A stretch of 63,701 nucleotides of DNA, the filler included, from Conidiobolus incongruus B7586 (lineage: Eukaryota), in NCBI GenBank assembly GCA_000697335.1. It is 16 parts of 16 records of this genome, joined end to end, with 100 filler letters (N's around TTAATTAATTAA, not from the genome) between each part and the next. Parts side by side here need not be neighbours in the genome. Positions count along the whole stretch, not along the records: positions 27,177 to 39,445 come from JNEM01004083.1; positions 39,546 to 47,232 come from JNEM01004085.1; 14 more parts are not named here. One strand, written 5' to 3'. The position numbers and the translations under genes are program-made. The notes below the pieces were generated by a model that did no database searches, was not told the origin of the DNA, and saw only the letters and a list, made by a program, of their open reading frames with translations. Of the stretch, positions 29,035 to 41,163 are shown one piece after another. How positions within the stretch are numbered: position 1 is the first letter of the stretch; every line of letters starts with the position of its first letter.

Positions 29035-31122
29035 ATGACAGTTAGTGAAATTCCTAAAAATCCAATTACTTGCATCGTGGTGGGATGTGGAAATAGGTAA
29101 TGACACTGATTATTGATCATATAATTGGACTAATTTTGAAGCAATTAGAGGCACTATTTATTCAACTTATGCACTTCATAGCCCCGAAAAATTTAAGATT
29201 GTAGCTTGTGCAGATCCCGTGGAGTTTAGAAGAAAGGATATGGCAAAGGTAATACTTTCCAATATTCGTTTAATGTAAATTAATATATTATTAGAATCAC
29301 CACGTTCCAGATAATATGGTATTTAAGGATTGGAGAGAGGTATTCTTAAAATAATAGATTATTAAGATATTACTGATATCACTATACTAGATTATTAAAC
29401 TGCCCAAATTCGCAGACAGTGTAATTATAGCCACTCTGGATAGGGATCACTTGGAACCAACAATCGGTAATCATCATATCTCATCAATCTTGATCCCATT
29501 ATTAATAATATAACGAAGCATTTGCAAACTTGAAGTATCATATTTTGTTGGAGAAGCCCATGTCTATTAATTACAATGATTGTAAATTGATCACTCAAGC
29601 TATTTTGAAAAATGATGTAAGTAAATTATGATTAATATAAAATATATTAATGCTAATTTATTGGGAAATGCTATTAGGTTTATTTCGCTATTGGTAACAA
29701 TTCCAGACAAAAAATTGATCAACAATTTAATAATGATATTAGGTCACGTATTACGATACACCAACATCAACAAGAAGATTAAACAAATAGTAGATAGTGG
29801 AGCTCTTGGAGACATTGTCAATATTCAACATTTGGAACCAATTGGTTTTTACCATTTCGCTCATTCCGTAATCGTAATTATGTGTATGTGATAAGTTAAT
29901 TAACGATAAGTAGTTTGTTAGGGGTAATTGGCGTAATAGGGAAGAGACTACATTTTCATTGATGCAGAAGAGTTGTCATGACTTGGGTAAGTTCAATCCT
30001 ATTACTATCAAATTATATACTAAATGAACTGCTGTTAGATTTAATCCTCTACTTTATGAATCATCAACCTTGCGTTGTAAGTCTAATATTAATTTGACAT
30101 AATTGATATAATTAATTTTAGAGTTTAGAAAGTGAGTTCTTTCGGCAATTTATACCATTTCAAACGAGAAAATATGCCCAAGGGAGCTGAAAATGCTCAG
30201 TAATTAATAATCTATCCATATTATATTAAATTATCTAATAAACTTTAGGAACTGTATATCATGTCCAGTAGAATCGGAATGTGCATATTCAGCCAAAAAG
30301 ATCTATTTGGATAGATTAGTCAAAGACAATCATAAGGGATGGCCTCTGAATACGATTACAGATATTGTTGGTAAGCATATTAATTATTAATAATTATATC
30401 ATATTTATGAAATGATTAGATATTGAAAATGTGACCAACGTCCTAAATACTGGAAATTATGGCAAATGCGTTTATAAAATGGATAACGATGTTAACGATC
30501 ATCAAGTAACTTGACCACAAATTTATTATAATCCATCTAATTTTGGTGTTAGGTTGTCAATATGCAATTCCAAAGTGGAGCTACTGCTACTTTTACGATG
30601 GTAGCTTACACCGAATCTATGTGTAGACGCAAAGTATGTAGTATTAATAATGTTTCTATTATTTATTAATATCAATGTAGACCAAAATCTTTGGAACTCG
30701 AGGAGAATTAACAGCTGATGGTATTGATACCATTGGAGTTTATGATTTTTTGACTAAGGAAACTACCGTTTACGATACTTCCGATGTTGACGAAGCTGAT
30801 GCGGGATTATCCGGTCATGGTAATTCTATATTTTTATTTAATTTATATTTATTAAATATTATAGGTGGTGGCGATTTGGGTCTCATTAAGGCATTCGTAG
30901 ATGCTCTAATCTCCCAAGACAAATCTAAAATCTTATCAAGTGTAGAACAAACTTTGGGTAAGATAGTTTTTTAAAATTGAATCACTAAAATAGCTAATTT
31001 GGTCAATAGAATCTCACCAACTTGTCTTCGCATCAGAATACTCGAGACTTGAGGAAAAAGTTGTACATTTGGACAAATTTTTCGATAAAGTTCACAATAA
31101 TGAAATTCAATTAAATTTTTAA
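29035..31122 (+). CDS. Gfo/Idh/MocA-family NAD(P)-dependent oxidoreductase, 16 exons, about 445 aa
   Basis: Manual splicing over 15 GT-AG introns gives a continuous frame: VVGCGNRG Rossmann motif, [56 protein letters not shown]; it ends EIQLNF*. Confidence 0.92.
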
Positions 31123-31620
31123 ATTGATCAATTTTTTAAAGAAAACTGATATGGATAAAAAAATTTTATTGAAATAAATTATTAACTTTTTCCATAAAAA
31201 TATATATTTATTATTTATTGTGATCATAATAAGAATGATAGTCATATCGTAAAATGAGGTGACCAATAATGATACAATCTACAATAAAAACAAAATCAAA
31301 TAAGAATGAATTATTGTATATTTTAACAAATGTCCAACTTGAAGAGTTGGATAGAGTACGATAAATTAAAGGGGGATATATGAAAGTAAAATTATCAAAA
31401 TATCAAGCATGAGAAATAGAATTTGCTCAGCAGACAATTGAAATCCTCTAGGTGTAAGGCGATTGGGATTTAGTATGGTTGAAGTCAGTAATCTTCATTT
31501 TAGGCATAATTCATTCAAGCTCGGGTAAGTTTTCCGGCTGGAATATGAAACGATTGAGACTGAAGTTGACATGGTAGAAGCACATCATCCATTTGGAGAC
31601 TGCACGAATGGATTCGGGAA

Positions 31621-31875
31621 TTATGGGTTGTATCTTGGGACGATTTTTGCCCTTGATACTCGATAGGAACCAGCGGGGGTTGAATTCATTGAGTTCCACT
31701 GGTGTCGTTTTGTTATCAATTTCTATAACTTTAGTCCCGGGAATTGACAGAGTTGGCGGGGTCGTGGACTGGGATGAAGGTGTAGTGACATAGCCAGTAC
31801 CTGATACGCTTCTAGATGTGCTTTCAAATTAGGAATATCTAATTCCAATTTGGGTATACTAATACTCAGAACCAT
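31621..31875 (-). CDS. Candidate small spliced protein (58 aa), unknown function; gene model uncertain
   Basis: Exon 31875-31801, 78-nt intron (GTACTG...GACTAAAGTTATAG), exon 31722-31621: MVLSISIPKLELDIPNLKAHLEAYQKLITKRHQWNSMNSTPAGSYRVSRAKIVPRYNP*. It lies in a GC-rich island; a competing 105-codon open frame spans 31828-31511. Confidence 0.35.
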
Positions 31876-34800
31876 ATAAATCAAATATTTAAAAATGAAA
31901 ATATCAAAATATAATAATAATGAGCGAAAAAATTTAAATTTAAATGGATATTTGACTGAATTGAATAATTTGATAAATTTGAAATTGATATAATGTGAAC
32001 TCGTGACATGGGTCAAATTCAAATAATTCAATATACTGGAAAAGCCAAAAACCTTGCACAGATTCGATGGGATTACGAATGTAGGTATGTAAATTTCAAC
32101 AGGTTCATCATAATGGCGAGTAGCATTGCTAATGATTGTTGATTTTGAAGTATGAATTTTAGTAGTTTGCCAGTTTTTGTAAAACATATTTTACATTTGA
32201 AGAATTAATAAGGAATTGAACAAATTGACTAACAAAATTGTAAAATCCATAGAGCGAACATTTTAAGGACAAAAATCAGTTTGGATTCATGGTATATTGT
32301 ATCAATTTCGCCCAAGCTTCGAATATAAGCGAAGTAGTATCCATCTCCTTTGAAATGTCAGAAATAATCAAGAAAATCCAATATAGTAAAGTTAACAATC
32401 CCATTCTAAGATAATTCACTCAGAAACATATAGAAGTGTACAGGCAGTACTCGTCTACCATATTTTCATTGATTCACTCAGAACTTTCTAAACTAAATTG
32501 AATGAGGCTTTGGTTGGTTACAACTGCATATCGGTTACATACTGGAGGGAAGAAATGATCCAAACGCTCCATTTAATACATGTAGTTCTGATTGAATTAC
32601 TCAATGTGTGTTCTGCACCAAGTATTGTTGCTCTCTAGGTATTGAGCCTTCAAGTCTTATTTGATATTTATTTTGGCAATCTTAAGATAGTACCAACTTG
32701 AGATGAAGTACTCTTATCTAAATTGATAATACTGATAATGAATATAAATTTTGAGATGGGAACAAAATATTATCTAAATTATAGTTCACAAATAACTGTC
32801 TTATTTATATTAAAAAAATTATAACAACTACGGTTAATTTTTCTTTTATTCCAAATCTCCAGCTAATAACAATAATGTCAAAATAAGTGATCAACTTATC
32901 TCCCAAATATTAATGTTTTTACACTTTTTACACAACTATTTATCCCATTTATTAATTTTAGTCTTGAAAGTTCTCAACTCCAAATGTGGAATATGTATGA
33001 CTAAAAAAATTGGTAGATGTTGGTCCACATCATGAAATTTCGCAGCTTTATAAGAGTGTAGATTAAAAGATTTGAAGTATCGGTGTCATTGATGTTATGA
33101 GTTTCATGGTTTTTTGTGATATCAATTCATTTAGTTGAAATATTAAGCAAAAAAAGATTAGAATAAATAAATAGCTCTAAGTACTATATGTTGGATTATT
33201 TTCAAAAAATTTTATAGTAACTCCAGAGGATTCTTTCGCAATGTTTTGCAATAATAAGTTAATATAAATGTCATCGTTCTTATTTAATAATAACCAGCAA
33301 GACCAACTTCATCTCGCAGTATATTACCTTACGTAGATATAATCCCGGAATACCCTTGACGCCAGTTCAAGTTCTCAATTTTTTGAAGACTTAATGCAAT
33401 TCATTACTCAACATATGACCGACAAGTCGTCTATAAAAACAATTATTGGGATACATTTCCACCGGTATCTACAGCCATTTGTGAGGCTCGTTTGACCTTT
33501 AAATTATCCTAATCGAAGACATTAACCTAAACTACCAAACAAACCACAAGCAGCTGCTCCTTTCCCAATTATCAACGTATTTCTAGCAATCGGTAGAACC
33601 ACGATATAATCATAATTTATTTAAATATTCATATAAATTGACCAATCCATGATATTTGTTAATAAATTAAGTATAAATCTTAGATAATAAATGAATTAAT
33701 ATATATCATTAACATACTTCTTGGAAACCATATTTATTAATTTTCTGTTTTCAATTTAATTCGTACACAGCTAGATTAGTACATTAAATTTTAAATTACA
33801 ATATTATTAAATTAATTATTAAGCACATAATATAAATATTTATAAAAATTGAAAGAATAGTTTAAAAGTGCTGATATATATGGTTCAACAACAATATTGT
33901 TCATTTAAAATTATAATATTTTTAATATCTTTGTAACTTATAAAAAAATAATAAAATTGCATCATCACCTATGACAACTAACAAAAAATATTTTCAGGTT
34001 TTGAAAAAATAATATTATAGTTAAATATATACAGTTCTTAGTTTGTTACTTAATATCAATAATCCTTGTCTATGAAAACATATCAATGTTTTAAATTGTT
34101 AATTGATGATTGGAGACGAATAAAAAATTAATAGAATATAATTAAATAAATGGTTAAGCTATATCCAATTGGACTTTGAAAAAATTATAGCAGATTGATC
34201 GTAAAATAGCGTTTTCAATGTGAGATTGAATTAATGAAAATTACTAATGATCTTGAGCTTCGCTTTATTTTTGACCAATTAAACAAATAATTAAAACATT
34301 TTTTCACAATGGATTTTATGCCAATGGTTATAAGGATTTCTTTAACCTTTAGAATACATCTACTTTATAAAAATATTAATTTGAATAGAATATTTGGTGA
34401 TTGTGAATCTATAATATTATCTATTGGTGATTTTAAATGATAAATTAATTTCTTTTATAACTTTTTAAGCATTTAAATACACTATAAAATGGATATTTAA
34501 ATTTCTAACCTTTTTTTATTTTGACTAGACCAATGTAATTAATATGAATGAAATAATAATGGATTATTACATATTAAATATATCCAGATATTCTATCAAA
34601 TACCGCAAATACCTAATGTTAATATATAAAACCATCTTCCATTTTATTGCAACAGTGTTAAGGAATTATATGTGTAATCTGTTACAATATATAATTTCAT
34701 ATTAAAATATTTGATCAATCGGATGATTGTTGATTCATAATATTTATTTATGAATAATTTTGTCAACAAAATCTAATACAAATTTTGAGCATAACTAGAA

Positions 34801-35843
34801 ATTAGAATGTTTAATAAATTACCCAAATCACTCTAATATCGTTAATATATTTTAATGGTTGCAGATTCAAATATAATATGAAATATTCAAACTTGGCTAA
34901 AACCATTATGTTTTCCAATATACTACAATTAATAATTTATTAAGTATTAATATACCAAATATAACATCATTGCATAAAATCAAAAATGAAATGAATAAGA
35001 ATAACAGCCCCAAAGTGATAAATTATCTTCTGATCCTTTATCAATATTAATCCATAATATTTTTCTATTTTATAGGATTCAGAATAAAGCAGTATTTTAT
35101 TATTAACATATAATAGAATTAATACTTAATTTGGCGCTAATTATATAAAGTAAGCAAATGAAATATTAATTCCAATAATTGAACCATATATATAGTTTTT
35201 TAATATATAACAAATATCAATATTATCAAATTTATAATATAAGTGAACTTTCTATTTATTTATTTTAACATATTTGATTATATTGGACTTTTGCCTTGAT
35301 ATCAATTTTTTTGAATATAATATGGTTTGATAAAATTTTGTTTTATAGTCTTCAATAATAAGTATTTTGTGTGCAATATTTTTTATGATACTTTAATATG
35401 TTATAATTTATATTGATGAATCTATTCGGAATAATTGATTAATAATTAATTTATTTTTAATATTATGATAGGCTATTATAATATCAATATCTTTTTTATA
35501 CTAAATATATTTTATACAATGAGGAGTACATAAAAGGTAAAATAAATATCACTATTGCAACTTTATCATTACCAATTCATTTCAAACAAACCCTTAAAGG
35601 GTGAATTAACCATTTAAACACCAAGGTTTAGGAATCGGTGATTGTCAAAATAACGACCATTGATGAATTATTATCAATATATAATTTTTGTTAGCTGTGA
35701 TTAATATTTTAAGTGCCATAGAATTTTGGAATACTCCTAACATACAATTTTTGACAAAAGATATTTGGTATATTGAATTTTATGATTTGAAATGAAAGAG
35801 TGTAGAAAATGATGACATTGTTTACTAAAAATGTAGACTTTGA

Positions 35844-35995
35844 CCAATCACTATTGAAGATTATTAGAATACAGGCGCAAGATGATTGGTGGAATCACAA
35901 AGGTCAAGATATTTTAGCCAATAAGAGCAGAGAATAATAAACTCACTCTATCAATATGATTGGTCAGTGAAATTTTAAACAGAATTTGTAATTGG
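35844..35995 (+). promoter_or_regulatory. Array of five CCAAT boxes upstream of the Cdc20 gene
   Basis: CCAAT 35844, ATTGG 35885, CCAAT 35918, ATTGG 35959, ATTGG 35991. Two are perfect GACCAATCA; TATAAA occurs at 35996 and 36062. Confidence 0.7.
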
Positions 35996-36367
35996 TATAA
36001 ATTAAAGTAGGATGTCGTGTCAAAACTAAAATTTTTTTTATTTTTTATTTTTCAGCTGAACTATAAAGGTATTTACTAGGTTTCTTATATCACCAACTTT
36101 TTTTTATGGTTATAGTTTATTCGAATTTTATCTCTCTGCATTCACTCATTATCTTTAATTAAAATTTAATATATTTTATATATTTTGTTATTTTAATTTA
36201 TTAAGAATATTATAGTTAATTGAGATTATTTACAGGAAATTTAAACCACAAGTTCAGTTATCTCTATTTTTATTTAATCCAATTCAATTCAAGTGAGATT
36301 TTATTTATAATTATTTGTATTTTAATTGTAGAGGGTTTGAATTTAATTTTTAAAGTTATAATTTATA

Positions 36368-38163
36368 ATGGAGAATAACTTGTCTAGTTTTAACTTGTCA
36401 AATGATAGTTTAAAATCTAAAAATACTATTGTCAACACTAACTCTAATTCAATTTCTAATTCGGATTCCAATCACTTGAATTTGTCAAGAAGACATCGAG
36501 ATGCCAAGCAGAGTACTTTTATTGGGTTTGTCACCGTTTGAATCTATTACTAATATCAAATTTAGTCAACTACAAATTCCCTTCATCTTCTAAAATACCA
36601 TATCAAACACTCTTCAAAAGAGATAAACTCCATGAGGGCTTCCAGTTTAAAAAGGCTTCTAGACCTAAATCTATGGTAAAATTGAATAGCGTAAGATTAA
36701 CTAAAACTAGCCAAAATAACGACTAACCGCGCATAGTATGATAGATTTGTAGCCCAGCCTATTCTAAATGACAAAGATAATTTACTTGGAAACAAACTTA
36801 CAAACCGTTTAAACTTGGATCAACCCGTTAATATGGCTCACGATCCTGAGCTGGATGCTCTACATGCCAGGTTAGATAGATGGTCAGGAGCAGACAATAT
36901 TAACAAAATTCTCAGCTTTGGATCAGCTACTCGGCCAACTGCTATTCTTAGGGACAGACCTTGTGATTGGGGAGATATTAACCTTAAAATTCATTCAATT
37001 CAAATCCCAACTCGCAGAAAGGTCCCTCTCGTACCAGATCGAATTCTTGATGCACCAGGTCTAGATGATGACTACTATCTTAATTTGATGGCATGGTCTG
37101 AAAGTAACATTCTTGCAATTGGTTTGGGTGATACTGTCTTTTTATGGAATGGTGATGACGCGAGTGTTGTAGGCTTAGATTCCGGTCAGCCCTCCGAAAA
37201 TGTATGTTCTGTATCATGGTCACGTGGGGGTAGTCATCTTGCTGTTGGATTGGAGGATGGAAGTACACAGATCTGGGATGCTGCAACCAATACATTACTT
37301 CGAACTATGAATGCAAAGCAGTTTGATCTTTCAACAGATACTTCGATGACCTCCAATTATTCTCGTGTCGGCGCTTTATGCTGGAATAAGCATATTCTAA
37401 CTACTGGACACAGATCTAAAGTTATTTGTAATCATGATGTAAGAGTGCGCGATCATTTGATTAGTACTTTGCAAGAACATGATGGAGAAGTATGTGGTCT
37501 CACTTGGAGATCTGATGGACAATTTCTTGCTAGTGGTGGGAACGATAACCGTGTAAACGTTTGGGACATTAGATCAACCATTCCAATGAGAACTACCACA
37601 AATCACCGCGCAGCTGTAAAGGTAATCGCACAACACACAAATTATATGTATATTCAATCACTAATTTTGCGATATAGGCATTAGCATGGTGTCCTTGGCA
37701 CCTATCTACCTTGGCATCTGGTGGCGGATCTCAATGCCGCAAAGTATACTTCACAAACGTAGTTACTGGAGACCTACTCAATGAAATATACACCGATGCA
37801 CAGGTTACCTCAATCGTATGGAATGAAACCCACCGAGAAGTTTTAACTACCCATGGACATCCCGCCAACCGTATTAATATATGGTCATACCCATCCACAT
37901 ACAAATTAGTTGGTATTGACGCACATGACTCCCGAATCCTTGCAGCTTGCGCAAATCCTTCTGGTGAAACCATCGCAACCGTATCCTCAGACGAAACCGT
38001 GAAATTCTGGAAACTATTTCCAAATGAACCCTCTGAGGTGAACGACTCTTCACTCGGTGGAAGCTCCAAACATACGCCAGCAGAAATTAAATCGCTCGAA
38101 AAAATCTTCAGAAAGCCCGAACGCCATGCGGGAATGAATGGTAGCCGAAACTTTATTCGTTAA
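36368..38163 (+). CDS. CDC20: Cdc20/Fizzy-family APC/C activator (WD40), 4 exons, about 541 aa
   Basis: Exons 36368-36512, 36566-36675, 36737-37621, 37678-38163. C-box-like YDRFVAQP, KILSF motif, RILDAPGLDDDYYLNL, EVCGLTW, LASGGNDN, AAVKALAWCPW, DETVKFW and a terminal IR tail. The exon 1 boundary is the least certain. Confidence 0.93.
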
Positions 38164-41163
38164 TTTGATTACTCCATACCTGTAAACTATTTTAATCTAA
38201 ATGTTTATCAAGTATATTTTTAATTTGTGATGATCAAATAAACTATAATTAAAATACTCTAAATATAATGTTTAGATCTTTTCAATTATATAACATTCTA
38301 TTTTAATAATATTATAAATATTAATAAATTTTTAATTTATTATTTTACAAATGAGTTAAAATTAGGAATATTTTAAAAATTTAAATCTTGAAAATGATTT
38401 TAATATTGAATTAAATTTGATTAATATAGGTCACAAAAATTTTATTATTGGATGTTTAATTGATTTTTACTAAATCAAATTGAAAAAATTTATTTTCCAT
38501 AATAAACTTGTCTTCTGATAATTATAAATTAAATTTACTCTAAATTAAAATTAATATATATTTTTAATTTTTTAAATTTGGATTATCCATAAAATATACA
38601 TAATTAAATATAACTAAATAAATTTAAATATAGATAACAATATAAATACTGGTACTAAATAAGATAATAATGCAAAATGATTATTGACGAATAGTAGATA
38701 TAATATATTTAATTATTCATTGATTAGTTAATTCTCTTTTCAATTTTTTTATATTTTGAAATAAAATTTATATTGTTTTTAATATGTAAATTATGGATTG
38801 ATGTATATTGACCATATTTAATAAGATTATTGGATTTAAAAAATTTTAATTATATTATATAAAATTAAGCTTTTTTTTCATTAAATTTAATAAAATAATA
38901 TATATTTAATAATTCAATATAATTTAAGAGTGGTTTAACTCTAATATTAATTTAAAATGTAATTATAAGCTTAGTCAGTTTACGATATTAAATACTTTTT
39001 ATTATCATTTATTTAAAATCAATGATACATTATAATTATGCTCTAATAAACTAGATATTCATAAATTATTCTCAATTATTAATATCTAATAATCCTATGG
39101 AATACATCATAATATTGATGGCCCAATTCAAACTCATACCCTGTAATAAAATCAAAAAGAATCCAAATTGATAATTGAAATTAATGTATAATCTTGGTAC
39201 TAAAATCAAAACATATAATATAACATATAATTACTATTATTATCTAATATTGAAATCATCAATTCTCATAAATATATAAAACTATAAAATTCAATATATA
39301 TGTATTAATTATTTTGAAAATAAAATAAAATAGCTTTATAAATTATTTAAGAATCAACCTAGTAGGATAATTTTTTAAATTTTTAAATATAAATTTAATT
39401 AAAAACTTTTATAAAATAGAATATTATTACAGTCTATACTATATANNNNNNNNNNNNNNNNNNNNNNNNNNNNNNNNNNNNNNNNNNNNTTAATTAATTA
39501 ANNNNNNNNNNNNNNNNNNNNNNNNNNNNNNNNNNNNNNNNNNNNTTTTTATTTAATTTAATATTTTATTATATTATTAAAAAATGAATATATATCTTTA
39601 TAATTTATATATTTATATAATATCCTTAATCGAATATATGTTACTGATTATCAATATTTTTATAGTTTGAAATTTCAATATAAAGTTTTTTATAAGTATA
39701 TTTAAATTTTGATAAAATAATAATAATAATAGTTTTGATAGTTAATCAAAAATATAATAATAATTATTCAATTTTATGTAAATAAGTATCATTTGTTTGA
39801 AAATTAAAATGATTTAATAACAAGATATTTGTTACTTTGTAATATTTATTTTTATTAAAATCGAGTTAATTTTGTTTGATTATATTTAAAATTAAATATA
39901 TTCCAAAATATTAAAATGATATCATATTTTTAAAAAGTTAAAAATTCAATAGTTAATATTTTACCAATATTATCTTATTTAATCTTAGAATAATTTATAT
40001 ATATTAATATGGGTAAAAATTAAAATATTATAATTAATAATCCTATATTTATTTTTCCCCTTATTTAAATATATAAATTTAATATTAAATTTAAAAAGTC
40101 AATAAATTATAAGATCTAATTAGATTATTAAACCTAGTTAGTTGAGTTACCATGAAATATTATATTTTGATTTTTATTACTTAATAATTATAATAATATA
40201 AATTATGAATTATAAATTTTAAATTTATTATATAATGGCTAGAGAATAATATAAATTTGAAATATATAGCGTAAAAATTGGTTTGAATGTTTCAAACTTG
40301 AAAAAAATTATCAGCTTAGTTTAATTTAAAATATCAACGATAGGTCTAGTCACAAAATAAACCATAGTTTAGATTCATCAGTCAACTATAAAAATCAAAA
40401 TCAAATTGAGTAAATAATTAGTACCATGTGGGAAGAGGATACAAATTTGATTGGTATAAAATCAAAATTAAAAAAGAATAATAATAGTAATAATAATAAT
40501 AATTACACCAAAAAGTAGATTTATTGTGGATTTGAGGCAAAATTATATCAAAGTATAATGACTACAAGTTTTATCAAAAAAGAATAATTTCAAATTTATG
40601 TGAATAAAAAATCTATTTAATTTATGTTATATCTCAAATCATTAATAGTTTTATAACTCAAGTATTTTGATTGATAGAAAAAAATTTTTTTATTTTGATT
40701 TGGATTACATAATTGGATCCGTTTTCATAATAAAGGATTATTTTGTAAATATTTTACAACTCAAATAGAACTTATATTGTCATAATCTCATCATTTCAAA
40801 TTCAATCCATAATATTAAATAGGGTAAAATGGATTAAATATTAAATGACGCCGATTGTCAAATTTTTTACCATGAAATTCATCAATTAATTTAATTATAA
40901 TTTATTCAGATGATTTGAATTATACAGAATCTCGTTGAAATGAAGATATTTCAACTGGTTTGTATCCATAAATGTTTGATTGGGCAATGGATTGAGAAAA
41001 TTATGGCTTCAACTTGGATGAATTGTAACGTTACTATTTTAAAAATGTTCATCGTAGAACTTGAGTTGATTATAACCTAAGCCGAATAATTAAGATATAG
41101 ATCGATGTAATTATTGAGTTTATTATATTGAGTTAGATGATTATTTATAGATTATTTTGATGA

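Noticed and set aside
31723..32187. 154-aa ORF as a single-exon gene
   Set aside because: The middle third is low-complexity AT-rich F/I/K/Y sequence typical of UTR or intron; only the part from 31875 looks coding.
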